NCBI GenBank assembly: GCA_002269645.1
Contig: NIVC01000035.1
Span: 905,242-969,241, forward strand
Length of the DNA stretch: 64,000 nucleotides
Direction of reading: 5' to 3'
Source: Macrostomum lignano
Taxonomy: Eukaryota
Shown: piece by piece, positions 1-11,112 of the stretch
Layout: each line of letters begins with the position of its first letter
How positions within the stretch are numbered: position 1 is the stretch's first letter
Translations under genes and position numbers: made by a program
The notes under the pieces: model-generated
The model's input: the letters and a program-made list of their open reading frames with translations, nothing else
Told to the model about the DNA's origin: nothing
Database searches by the model: none

Positions 1-837
1 TTCCAGATGAAGATATCCACTGGATGTACGAGTAAGTGGCTTGTGTCTGCTTAGTGAGAACTATTTTACCAACAGCCAGTTGGCTCACAGCTGGAGGTTC
101 CGAAACATCCCTAGCTAATTGAATAGCTTACTGATATGCCTGCACGGATGGGAAAAACTAGACAATCTATGCAGAGAATATTCAGAATAGCCTTTGCATA
201 TCTCTTGTTCTACTTATGTCTTTATGGTAAAAGAAAAAATGGATATGCCTTTGTCGTTCGCTTTCAGTTTGGCAATAGCTTTTGAGTTCTAAATATTGCC
301 AAAGGGTTATAAAAGAAAAATCGATAGTCAGCTCATTAAATATGCGGCATGAGGTTCCCTCTCTGCAGCCTGTTGCTGTGACAGATGAAGCTACGCATTT
401 TATCATCCGTAAATTTTCTCACACATGAAACTTCATGAGCCTTCTAAGATGAGAATAAGTCGTATTGAAAGCTAAATTATCTGGTTTTAACATGCTGGTT
501 TGAAGCATGCATTAAATCTCGTCGGCTGGGGTGCCACGCAGAATGACACGCAGAGTTTGGGATTGCTAAGAACATTGAGCTAGTCAGTATCCTGTAGGTT
601 AGACTATAGTGTTGCCGCTTGGCAGTTCAGTCGAGAGCCGGCGGCCATGTTGAAAATCGCATTTAAAATCAAGAAAAATCGATATCATTTTTTTCATTTT
701 GGATACTTGTCTCATTACACTGTCCACTATATTTAAAGTTTGTGGAGTAGTAATCATAACAATTTAGGACGCCAACGGTGCTTAGGTCGTAGTAATCATA
801 AAGTCCGATCTAAAATTCTTTTAAAGTTTTTTAACAG

Positions 838-1578
838 TCAATTGAAGGGCGACAGGCACTCGCACAGGCCGGTTCTGATTGCATCAAAGCTGGCAGCGTC
901 TCCCAGAAAGGTTCGGGCAGAAACCGCGTCCTCGGAGCTTCTGAACCGGTTGTCGGGCTCTGCGCTGTCCCACAGGCTGGCATCAATGCTGATGTTGCAG
1001 GCCACCCAGCGCCAGCCTCCGTCGGGCTCCGCACTGCCCGGAGTCTGGAAACCGCCGACCCACATGGCGACGCCACCAGCCTTCGTGCTGTAAACTTGTC
1101 CGATGGCAGCCAGCTCGGCGCTGTCGATCACGTCCGCCATGATCACCAGACCGCTCTCCGACTCGCACCTCTGTCTCTGCACTGTCCAGGTGTTGGTCGT
1201 ATTGAAGAGCTTGTACTTCACTCCGCAGTGGTCGTCTCCGAAGTCGGACGGACACAGCGCACCCGGCTCGAGTCCCGGCTGCTGCTTCACGAACACTCGG
1301 CCTCTCCTGGAGCAGCCGCAGTCCCTCACCGACTTGCTGCACTTGTCGAACACGAACAGCTGGCACGGACCGTCAGCCAGGCTGAACGCCTGACAGCGCG
1401 GCTCCATGCTGCAGAGCAGCGAGCACTCGACGCTCAACTTTGCCAGGGGCTCGTTTCTGACGAACTCTGGCCGGATGCAGAGCGAGCCGTTGATGGCGTG
1501 GAACACCTGGCCTGGGGACACAGCGGGTGAGCTCAGCAGCAGCAGCAGCAGCAGCGACACAACTTTCATTGATGTCAT
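838..1578 (-). CDS. Secreted PAN/apple-like + C-type lectin domain protein, copy 1 (246 aa, intronless)
   Basis: Signal peptide MTSMKVVSLLLLLLLSSP; Cys-rich PAN-like segment (C..ECSLLCSMEPRCQAF..CQLF); CTLD motifs (TW..QRQRC, WVGG, WRW, W...EPDN, terminal LCEC). ATG at 1578. Confidence 0.85.
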   Translation of the reverse strand: MTSMKVVSLLLLLLLSSPAVSPGQVFHAINGSLCIRPEFVRNEPLAKLSVECSLLCSMEPRCQAFSLADGPCQLFVFDKCSKSVRDCGCSRRGRVFVKQQPGLEPGALCPSDFGDDHCGVKYKLFNTTNTWTVQRQRCESESGLVIMADVIDSAELAAIGQVYSTKAGGVAMWVGGFQTPGSAEPDGGWRWVACNISIDASLWDSAEPDNRFRSSEDAVSARTFLGDAASFDAIRTGLCECLSPFN

Positions 1579-1944
1579 GTTCGACGCTCTCAGTTTCTAT
1601 GTGGCTTGGAATTTGTTAGCTGCAGTTTTGGAGCTGAGTTGAAAATGATGGAAAAAATCTTTTTGCACAAAGAGACGCACTTTATGGCCGCCCTGATGTT
1701 TACAGCCTCATTGAGCAGCTCTGCTCTGGCCAATCGAAGGGCTCTGCTTTAATTTTTGGACCTGGAAATTTCGCCAATTGGCCAAACGGATGAGCTGCAT
1801 GAGCTGCAGTCGCCTACAGACCAAATGTACAGTGTTGAATGCCTGCTCCAGTCTGGCGAGCAGGTGGCTGAGACCGAGCTTCTTCAATGCCAGCAATGGT
1901 CACTGGGTCCATGAAAATTGACTGCCTACCTTAATCTTAATTAA

Positions 1945-3180
1945 CCTCTTCCTGACGAATTGAAAACAAGTCATCTGAATTGCGAACGGGTGGCCTGCAT
2001 TGCAGGCCATAGAAGAAATTCTAATTTTGTGAACCTTCTGATCTCCTCACTTAAAGACGGATGGCCTGCTATGCAGGCCATGGCTGCAGGCAACAACGAT
2101 TTTGTCTATGGGCGTGTTTGTACTCAGTGTCACAGCTCCTGACTGAAAATTGTACTGGAGTTCTCACTGCATTGACAGGTTGAATAATTTTATAGTTATG
2201 TCATATACAGTTGGTTGGACTGTCCGCTAAAGACCTGGAGTTTTAGGAAATCTTATGAATGTGGTTAGGAAATTCACTGTAAAAACCTAGCATAAGAGCT
2301 TGGATTTTGTAAGAGTTGGCATACAGATGCGAGTAGTTATACATGGCATCACTCAACGAAGAACCAAATTTTGAGCAGTTGATGTCTGATGACGAGGATC
2401 AAGATAGCAGCGATTCCACTACTGACTCGTCCGATGAGGCTTCCGATCTAGACAATGCATCCGTGGATGAAGAAATAGGTGGCTGGCAACGCGTCGTACC
2501 CGGAGAGAATGGTTTGCAGGAGCCAGATTCGGAATTCATGGCGACCTCTGGCTTGCATCCGGATTTGGTGGCGCCAGCTGATCCAGACAACAATATTCAA
2601 TGGTTTTTCGACCTATTTTTAACTGACGCGCTGATGAAAAATCTGTGCGAGAGGACCAACAAGAAAGCTTGGTTTGAGTTAGAAAGGTTTCAAGCTGAAG
2701 AGCCAGCTGAGGTGCCACCAATCTTGAAGACTTGGAAGAATTGCACATTGAACGAGATCAGGAAGGTGATAGCGACCAACTTTTTCATTGGGCTGAGCAA
2801 GAAGCCGGAATTGGACCTTTACTGGTCTACGGACCCGTTCGACCAGTGCCCTTTCATGCAGCAACCTTCAAGCTTGTCAAGAGATCGATATAAACAAATC
2901 ATGCACTTCCTGCGCTTCTACGACTGCACCGCAATCGCAGACTTGAACGACATTCTAAGAAAGATTCGACCGTTTCTTAGAATTGTGCAGCTGGCAATGC
3001 AGAATACTTATTTGCCAGAGCAGAACATCTGCATTGACGAATCGCTAGTGCTGTACAAAGGACGCCTGATTTTTCGTCAGTACATACCAAGCAAGCGAAA
3101 CAAGTTTGGCATCAAAATGTACCGTCTATGCGAATCCCAGACAGGGTACATGTGGAACTTTTTAATTCACAAGTACGGAT
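1945..3180 (+). mobile_element. piggyBac-like DNA transposon, left end plus 3'-truncated transposase (ORF from 2343)
   Basis: TTAA at 1941-1944 followed by CCTCTTCCTGACG (piggyBac-like end). ORF has an acidic N-terminus and PGBD motifs (YWSTDP, SRDRY..I..FLRF, ICIDESLVLYKGR..FRQYIPSKRNKFGIKMY.LCES..GYMWNF). Similarity stops at about 3180; later catalytic Asp residues and right end not seen. Confidence 0.85.
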
Positions 3181-3332
3181 GCGGAAAACGGAAAATTTGG
3201 ACAAGGGCTCCCCAAGGCTTAGTAAGTCTTAAGAAAGATATTTACCCGATGAAAACGTTTTGATAGTAACTGCATATCAAATGCATATTTTTTTGAACGG
3301 GGGGGCAATGAAGACAGAATCTAGCTACCAAA

Positions 3333-4685
3333 TCAGTCAGTCAGTCAGTCAGTCAGTCAGTCAGTCAGTCAGTCAGTCAGTCAGTCAGTCAGTCAGTCAG
3401 TCAGTCAGTCAGTCAGTCAGTCAGTCAGTCAGTCAGTCAGCCAGTCAGTCAGTCAGTCAGTCAGTCAGTCAGTCAGTCAGCCAGTCAGTCAGTCAGTCAG
3501 TCAGTCAGTCAGTCAGTCAGTCAGTCAGTCAGTCAGTCAGTCAGTCAGTCAGTCAGTCAGTCAGTCAGTCAGTCAGTCAGTCAGTCAGTCAGTCAGTCAG
3601 TCAGTCAGTCAGTCAGTCAGTCAGTCAGTCAGTCAGTCAGTCAGTCAGTCAGTCAGTCAGTCAGTCAGTCAGTCAGTCAGTCAGTCAGTCAGTCAGTCAG
3701 TCAGTCAGTCAGTCAGTCAGTCAGTCAGTCAGTCAGTCAGTCAGTCAGTCAGTCAGTCAGTCAGTCAGTCAGTCAGTCAGTCAGTCAGTCAGTCAGTCAG
3801 TCAGTCAGTCAGTCAGTCAGTCAGCAGTCAGTCAGTCAGTCAGTCAGTCAGTCAGTCAGTCAGTCAGTCAGTCAGTCAGTCAGTCAGTCAGTCAGTCAGT
3901 CAGTCAGTCAGTCAGTCAGTCAGTCAGCCAGTCAGTCAGTCAGTCAGTCAGTCAGTCAGTCAGTCAGTCAGTCAGTCAGTCAGTCAGTCAGTCAGTCAGT
4001 CAGTCAGTCAGTCAGTCAGTCAGTCAGTCAGTCAGTCAGTCAGTCAGTCAGTCAGTCAGTCAGTCAGTCAGTCAGTCAGTCAGTCAGTCAGTCAGTCAGT
4101 CAGTCAGTCAGTCAGTCAGTCAGTCAGTCAGTCAGTCAGTCAGTCAGTCAGTCAGTCAGTCAGTCAGTCAGTCAGTCAGTCAGTCAGTCAGTCAGTCAGT
4201 CAGTCAGTCAGTCAGTCAGTCAGTCAGTCAGTCAGTCAGTCAGTCAGTCAGTCAGTCAGTCAGTCAGTCAGTCAGTCAGTCAGTCAGTCAGTCAGTCAGT
4301 CAGTCAGTCAGTCAGTCAGTCAGTCAGTCAGTCAGTCAGTCAGTCAGTCAGTCAGTCAGTCAGTCAGTCAGTCAGTCAGTCAGTCAGTCAGTCAGTCAGT
4401 CAGTCAGTCAGTCAGTCAGTCAGTCAGTCAGTCAGTCAGTCAGTCAGTCAGTCAGTCAGTCAGTCAGTCAGTCAGTCAGTCAGTCAGTCAGTCAGTCAGT
4501 CAGTCAGTCAGTCAGTCAGTCAGTCAGTCAGTCAGTCAGTCAGTCAGTCAGTCAGTCAGTCAGTCAGTCAGTCAGTCAGTCAGTCAGTCAGTCAGTCAGT
4601 CAGTCAGTCAGTCAGTCAGTCAGTCAGTCAGTCAGTCAGTCAGTCAGTCAGTCAGTCAGTCAGTCAGTCAGTCAGTCAGCCAGTC
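3333..4685. repeat. (TCAG)n microsatellite, about 1.35 kb
   Basis: Directly visible tetranucleotide array. Confidence 0.98.
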
Positions 4686-4726
4686 TACCACCAGTTTTCA
4701 CCAATCCACAAGTGTACTCATTTTAG

Positions 4727-5413
4727 TCAAACGGCGACACACTCGCACAGCCCGTTCTTTGTCCTGGGATGGTAGGCGTCACCAAGACCAAAGTGAGCAA
4801 AGATTGCGTCCTCTTTGCCTCCTCCGTTGCTGGGCTCCGCTCCGCCCCACAGGCTGGCGTCGAATCTGATGTTGCAGGCCACCCAGCGCCAGCCTCCGTC
4901 GGGCTCCGCACTGCCCGGAGTCTGGAAGCCGCCGACCCACATGGAGACGCCGCCAGCCTTCGTGTTGAAAACTTGTCCGATGGCAGCCAGCTCGGCGCTG
5001 TCGATCACGTCCGCCATGATCACCAGACCGCTCTCCGACTCGCACCTCTGTCTCTGCACTGCCCAGGTGTTGATCGCATTGAACAGCTTGTACTTCACTC
5101 CGCAGTGGTCGTCTCCGAAGTCGGACGGACACAGCGCACCCGGCTCGAGTCCCGGCTGCTGCTTCACGAACACTCGGCCTCTCCTGGAGCAGCCGCAGTC
5201 CCTCACCGACTTGCTGCACTTGTCGAACACCGTCAGCCAGGCTAAACGCCTGACAGCGCGGCTCCATGCTGCAAAGGTTCGAGCACTCGATGTCCGACCT
5301 GGCTCGAGGCTCGTTTCTGACAAACTCTGGCCGGATGCAGAGAAAGCCAGACACGGCTTGGAACACCTGGCCCGAAGACACACCGGGTGAGCTCAGCAGC
5401 AGCAGCAGCAGCA
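4727..5413 (-). pseudogene. PAN + C-type lectin copy 2, 3' part; disrupted by LINE insertion and a 17-bp deletion
   Basis: High identity to copies 1 and 3. GAACAGCTGGCACGGAC (1354-1370 in copy 1) is missing between 5230 and 5231, causing a frameshift. Signal-peptide (CTG)n is cut at about 5408-5413 by the retrotransposon. Confidence 0.85.
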
Positions 5414-5486
5414 CGACCTCCTACCCGCCAAGTGGGGTGCTGTGGATACGCGATGGCCCGACACCAATCGCGGAACGAAAGGAGGT
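5408..5486 (+). ncRNA. HDV-like self-cleaving ribozyme at the element 5' end (predicted cleavage 5' of G5408)
   Basis: Manual fold. P1 GCAGCAC(5408-14)/GUGCUGU(5437-43) with G.U at position 1; P2 ACCUCCU(5416-22)/AGGAGGU(5480-86); P3 CCC(5424-26)/GGG(5434-36); 7-nt L3 GCCAAGU with CC pairing to GG(5444-45) as P1.1; P4 5449-5472; J4/2 contains C5476-G-A-A matching HDV C75-G76-A77-A78. Confidence 0.8.
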
Positions 5487-5552
5487 GTTCTGTTCAACTA
5501 CAAAGACAGCGCACGCTACGCTGTCAGCGCCAGGATGATCACCTTGTCTGGT

Positions 5553-5576
5553 GATGTCGAATCTAACCCCGGCCCA
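5553..5576 (+). other. 2A-like (StopGo) motif DVESNPGP
   Basis: GAT GTC GAA TCT AAC CCC GGC CCA, in frame with the element ORF; matches D(V/I)ExNPG|P, preceded by ITLSG. Confidence 0.85.
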
Positions 5577-7907
5577 CCATCGCCGGGGAGGAACCTGTGC
5601 GGAGTTTGCGGCGGAAGGCATACTCACAGAGGGCCAAAATGCTCGGAGTGCTCTGGCCAGCTGCATCTTAAGTGCAGTGGGCTGAACAGAGGGAGTTTCT
5701 ACGCGCAGAAGGTTACCAGCATAGAATGGATCGGGCCGTGCTGTAGGAAGGAGCCATTGCAGCCAGCTGGGCCCATTACTCCTGGTGAACGCCGGCCGCC
5801 TACCAGCAGTGCGAAATCCGATGCAGCCAACCAGGCTGCTGGCCAGTTGCATCTGTCGGAGCAGAAAGTTGTGTGGGCCAAGCTGAGCGGCTGGGGCTGG
5901 TGGCCAGTCAGGATGAAGGCTGAAGACTGGCCATGTGTCGGCAACGAAGTGGTGGTTTGGTGGTTTGGATGCAATGATAAGACTTTTTTTAAAAAAGCCA
6001 ATAAAAATAACGAATTCACCACCTCCGAGACTGACCGCTTTGCGCAGCAGAAAGCAGGTTGGAAGAAAGCCGTAGCGGAAGCCACTGAGTTCGTTCAAAG
6101 TGAACAAACGAAAGGAGCCAGCCAGCCGCCAGGAGAGGTCGAGGAGTATGGTAGGACAGAGCCAAAAGGCTCAGCTAGCGTCAGCCAAGCCTGCGGAGGG
6201 AGATGTTCCATCTGTAAAGCAAATATGAAGTTCGGTATCAGCGGAATTCAGTGCACGGGATGCGGAGTTAGAGTGCACCGCAGCTGTAGCGGATGCAGCA
6301 GGTACAACACCCAAGCCCAGTCCAGCTGGAGATGCGCCAGATGCGGCAGCAGCCCCCGGGGACGACGTCGCGGAGGCTGAGCAGCACCGCAGCAGCGGCG
6401 CCTATGACGGTGACCAGCAATGCGCTACCAAGGACAGTGGTGGACACTGTGCGGAGTGTCACAAGTACAGAAGGCGAGGCACCGGGGTCAGCTGCGGCGG
6501 CTGCGGGAAGACCGTGCACTGGACCTGCGCGGGCATTGAAAGCCGCGCCTGCAGAGAGAGGTTCAAAAAATATGGTGGATGGGAATGCAGCCTGTGCAGG
6601 GCGACCAAGGGGAAGGCCGCGGAGGTTCAGCGCTTGATTATGCCACCAGTCCGGCAGGGACGGTCGGCAACGAAAGCATCAGAGTCGCGCAGTGGAACTG
6701 CGACCACCTCAGAGCCAAACTGCCGCTGCTTGAGAAGTTCCTGGACGACCACAACGTTGACGTTATGCTGCTCCAAGAGACCAAGTTGAGGGAGGAAGAC
6801 GGTACCCTATCTATACCAGGCTACGAGATTGTCAGAAAAGACCGGCACAGGAAACTCCTCAGTACATTCGGTAGGGGAGGAGGCGTAGCCACGCTCATCA
6901 AAGCAGGAATCAAATACGAAGAGGTGGAATGCAACCTATGCCAGAAGGACGGCATCGAAATGATCGCTACTAAGATCTGGCTGAGAAGAGACCGCTCCAG
7001 CAACGGCAACGGCAACAGTGTCCAGATAGCGAATGTGTACATCCCGCCTGAAGGGTCCAGAGCGGTGAGCAGCGAGGCCATCAACAAACTCCCAGCAGGC
7101 AGGAATTGGCTAATCGCTGGCGACTTTAACGCCCACCACTCCCTCTGGGACAACATCTGTCCAGGTGACGACAGAGGTACAGCGCTCGTTGAGTGGCTGG
7201 ACAACAATGAATTAGCTGTGCTCAATGATGGCAGCGTCACTAGGGTTGATCCCACCGGGAGCATCAAATCATCGCCAGATATCACCTTCTGTAGCAGAGA
7301 GGACGAACCCATATGGTCCTGGGAAACAGCTCAGCTGCACGGGTCGGACCACCACCCCATCATCATGCAGCTAGGGCATGGCTGCAGCAACAGAGAGCCA
7401 GCCAGAAAGATCATCAGCTGGAATTGGAAAGCCGCTGACTGGACAGCCTACAGAGACAACATCGAAGCCGGCCTGGCAGAATCGATTTGCGGCGCTGGAT
7501 GCGTTAAGGAGAATGAGAAAAAGATCAGGGATATCATCATCAATGCTGCGAGAGCGTCGGTCGGTACCATTGCGCGCACAACCCGGAACCGGTCCTCCAT
7601 CAACGACGAGGTGAGGGAAGCCCTGGAGGAACTTGGCAAGTGCGACGCCTCAGCTGAACCGGAGCTATGGGCCGAAAAAGAACAACGGCTCAAGTCTGAG
7701 ATTAGGAAAAGCAAGGAGGAGGATGGGCGAAACCACCTGAGTAACAACGCGAGCAGTGCAAAAATGTGGTCAGTAGTCAAACGCCTCAATGGCAAAAGCT
7801 GCCCTGCAGCTGCCCTGCGTGAGATGGAAACTTCAGCGGAAGCAGAAATGGACCAGCCCATCCTCATGTCCGAAGTCGTGAGTGCGCTTGAAGCCATGGA
7901 TGGTAAC

Positions 7908-8730
7908 TATAGGAGGTTGCGCGCCTGTCGAGTTAAGCGGCTAAATATGTTTGCTTGCGCCTCCTTTTGATTTCAATTAGCCTTTCAACTTTACTGGCTT
8001 TACTGTTCAATCGAAAGTTTAGAACACAAGTTTTTGTTCGAACGATAGTTGTTAGGCCGCCAGTTTGCTCGCTCGCAAGTTGGCCCATTTCTACTTTTCC
8101 GCACTTATATTTATACAACAAAATTTGCCTCAGTCAGCGTTATTTCAAACCAATAGCAATTGCAAGAAAGTCTGGGAATTATTTTTTTGGTGCGAAAGTT
8201 TGGATGTCTGCGTGCCAGTTTCATGTGAACAGCGAAATCGGACACCGCCGTTGTGCGTCATTCGGCGGCTCCACCAGTGTTGCAGCTGTATCGATGTCGC
8301 AGATTTTGGGCGCTGATCTCAGCAGTTTTCGTGAGAACCAGACGTTCAGGCGTTCTTAGTGCAAGCCAAGTTCAGCCGGCTAAACTTTTCTAACTTTCAC
8401 TTGTGCAACAATTGAGCGTTGGGAAGCACAATGAACTCCTGCTGAACTGGTCTTGCTGTCCTGAGCCGATCGGCTGATTGTTGCGTACTGCTGAGATCGT
8501 TGATGCTGCTGCTGCTGATGGTGCAAGCCGAGCTACGTTGGGTGTCTTAGACAAAAGCTAGCGTCCGCAACGTTGGGGCCTACTTCATAACTTTGGTCCC
8601 CTCGCTCCAGGCTCACATTGGGTCCTCTCGTTGCCGTCCAGCCTCGCCAGGTGACTCGACCAGGTGACACGACCAGGTGACCTAGCCTATCCCCGTTCCT
8701 AGACTTATGAGCATTTTCTTATGGCTCTTA
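7908..8730. mobile_element. 823-bp unclassified insertion nested in the LINE ORF, 5-bp TSD GTAAC
   Basis: GTAAC at 7903-7907 and 8731-8735. Removing the insert plus one TSD copy (828 bp) restores the in-frame ...EAMDG-N-KAAGEDL... at the start of RT. Confidence 0.8.
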
Positions 8731-11112
8731 GTAACAAAGCGGCCGGCGAAGACCTTATCCACCCCAGGCTCCTCAAGGAATTGCCATCCAACAGCCTACC
8801 TGTCATCACTAGCCTCTTCAACGACTCCTACAGGCAGGCCGAAGTGCCCCAGAGCTGGCGCACGGCTAGAATCATCCCGCTCCTGAAGCATGGCAAAGAT
8901 GCTGAATGCATACCCTCATACAGGCCGATCAGCCTCACATCCTGCCTAGGCAAATGGCTTGAAAGAGTTATCACCAACAGAATTAGTTACCACCTCGAGA
9001 GCAAAGGGCTCCTTAGCGACTGCCAGGCTGGGTTTAGGGCTGGCAGATCCACGGAGGACCAACTACTCAGGCTCGCGCAGGACGCCGATGACGGCTTTCA
9101 GAAGAAAATCTGTACGCTTTTGCTACTGGTGGATTTCGAGCGAGCGTTCGACAAAGTGCTCCGCACCGGCCTCATCTGGAAACTGATCAGCAAAGGAGTG
9201 GGCAGGCTCTCGATCAGATGGATACAAGCGTGGCTGAGTCACAGATTAGCTAAAGTCAACTTCAATGGCAAGGACAGCAAGCTTAAAGTGCTCGAGCAAG
9301 GCCTGCCGCAAGGCTCCGTCCTGTCGCCGCTGCTGTTCCTGGTCTACATTGACGACCTCCTAGAAGGTCTCAGCGCGGTCGAGGGGGTCAAAGTTAGCGG
9401 CTTCGCGGACGACCTCGCCATCTGGACCTCTGGCAGGCAAGACCAGATGCGCGCGAGTATGGATAAAGCCATCCAGCTCACGGAGACTTGGAGCAATAAC
9501 TGGCTTATGCCGATTGCAGTAAGCAAGTGTTCCCTCACGCTTCTGTCCACGACTAGCACTAGAACCAGCCTAGAAGACACCACCTTCACGATGTACGGCA
9601 GCACTATCAGCTGGGCCCCAACCGCGAAGTTCCTGGGGCTCACCTTCGACAGAACGCTGAAGTTCGAGACGCTCGTTAACAACATCAAAGAGGCATGCCT
9701 TAAGAAAGTTAACATATTAAGGAAACTGGCTGGCAGTGACTGGGGCTGGAGCCTGGAGCTAATTAAAATCACGTACGAAGCTCTTATTAAGAGCAAGATC
9801 CTGTACGGCGCTCCAGCATGGATGCCTTGGATCAGCGAAAGCAGCTGGCACAAGCTCGAAGTGATACAGCGCTCAGCTGAAAGGATCATGACTGGTCTCA
9901 TGGCTACTACCCCGGTTGAAGCGCTCAGTATGGAAAGCGGCCTTGAGCCCCTCAAAGTGTGCAGCAAGGCCAGATGGGCCGAGAAATTCGACCGCCTCAG
10001 ACGACAGCCCCCGGTAGCATCAGAAGAGAGCTGGTTGGCGAAGGGCCAAAGCAGAGGCTTAAAAGAAAAGGCTGGAGAGCCCGAGCTAAAGAGTTGCTTG
10101 ATGACCATGGTCTGCTCAACATCACAGTGGAGAAGGATGAACAACCTGCCACGCTGGCCCCATGGGAGGAAAGGAAATTCACGATTCACATGGAAGGCCG
10201 GCGCAAGCTTTGCGAAGCTGACAACAGGAACCTGGCCGAGAACATCATCCAAAGCTGCGCAGCCGACGCAGACCTCATCCTCTACACGGACGGATCAGTT
10301 AGCAGTGACGGTAAAGGTGGTGGCGGAGTCGTTGTGACAGCCAAAGGGATCGACGGCTGGGACACACAAACCCGTATTGAGGTCGACGCCGGCAAGCCCT
10401 GCAGCTCACTCCAGGCTGAGCTGCACGCACTGCAAGCAGCCACTGATTGGATCCGTCACCATGGCCGGGGAAAAAGCACCTGCATTGCCACGGACAGCCT
10501 CAGCAGCCTCCAGCTCCTCCACAGCAGGAGAAGTAATCCGATAGCCAATAGAATCACCAACAACTTGCAGGCAGCCAGTGAGACCAACGGCCGGCTCATC
10601 ATTTGCTGGGTCCCGGCCCACTGTGGCCTCAGCGGGATCGAAGAGGCCGACACCACGGCAAAGGCCGCAGCCGGCAGACCAGCTGGAGGAGCCGGTGTGC
10701 TTGCCAACCCGGTTAAGAGATCCATCTACCGAGACCTGACCAGAGCGAAGGAATGGAGCCACCAACGCAGCAAAGAGACCTACAGCAAAGGCCCCAAAAG
10801 CAACTGGAAGAAGGACTATGCAGACCGCAGCGAAGCAGTGAGCTTCAGACGCTTCCGTACCGGACACTCCCTCGAACTGAACCAGTTCCGCAAGAGACTT
10901 GGCAACCAGGACAGTGACAGCTGCAGGCTATGTGGAGATGGCGAAGAATCCAACTCGCACTTAATGGATTGCCCGGCTACGTGGAAAAGGAGGCAGGAGT
11001 ACAACATCACCGGCCTGTGCGATCTGTGGAACCAACCAGACGCTGCCTACAGGTTCTGGAACTGGATCAAAGAAGCGCATGAGTTGAGCGGCACACACAC
11101 ACACACACACAC

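Larger units (their letters stand above)
5408..11112 (+). mobile_element. Non-LTR retrotransposon, Ingi/I-group-like, near full length: 2A - PHD - PWWP - PHD - PHD - APE - RT - RNase H - CCHC
   Basis: APE (VAQWNCDHL, LLQETKL, GGGVATLI, IANVYIPP, GDFNAHH, SPDITF, GSDHHPI). RT (SWRTARIIPLLK, YRPISLTSC, QAGFR, DFERAFD, GLPQGSVLSPLLF, FADDL, KFLGLTFD). RNase H (LYTDGS, AELHA, TDSLS, WVPAHCG...EEAD). C-x2-C-x8-H-x3-C near the end; (CA)n tail 11092-11112. Apparent frameshifts near 6355, 6610 and 10010. Clade assignment inferred from architecture. Confidence 0.92.

Noticed and set aside
3260-4726. 488-aa SQSV-repeat ORF
   Set aside because: Translation of (TCAG)n, which has no stop in that frame; no unique coding content.
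9344-10252. 302-aa antisense ORF in the LINE and similar antisense ORFs over lectins and CCDC112
   Set aside because: Shadow ORFs of GC-rich coding sequence with no recognisable motifs.
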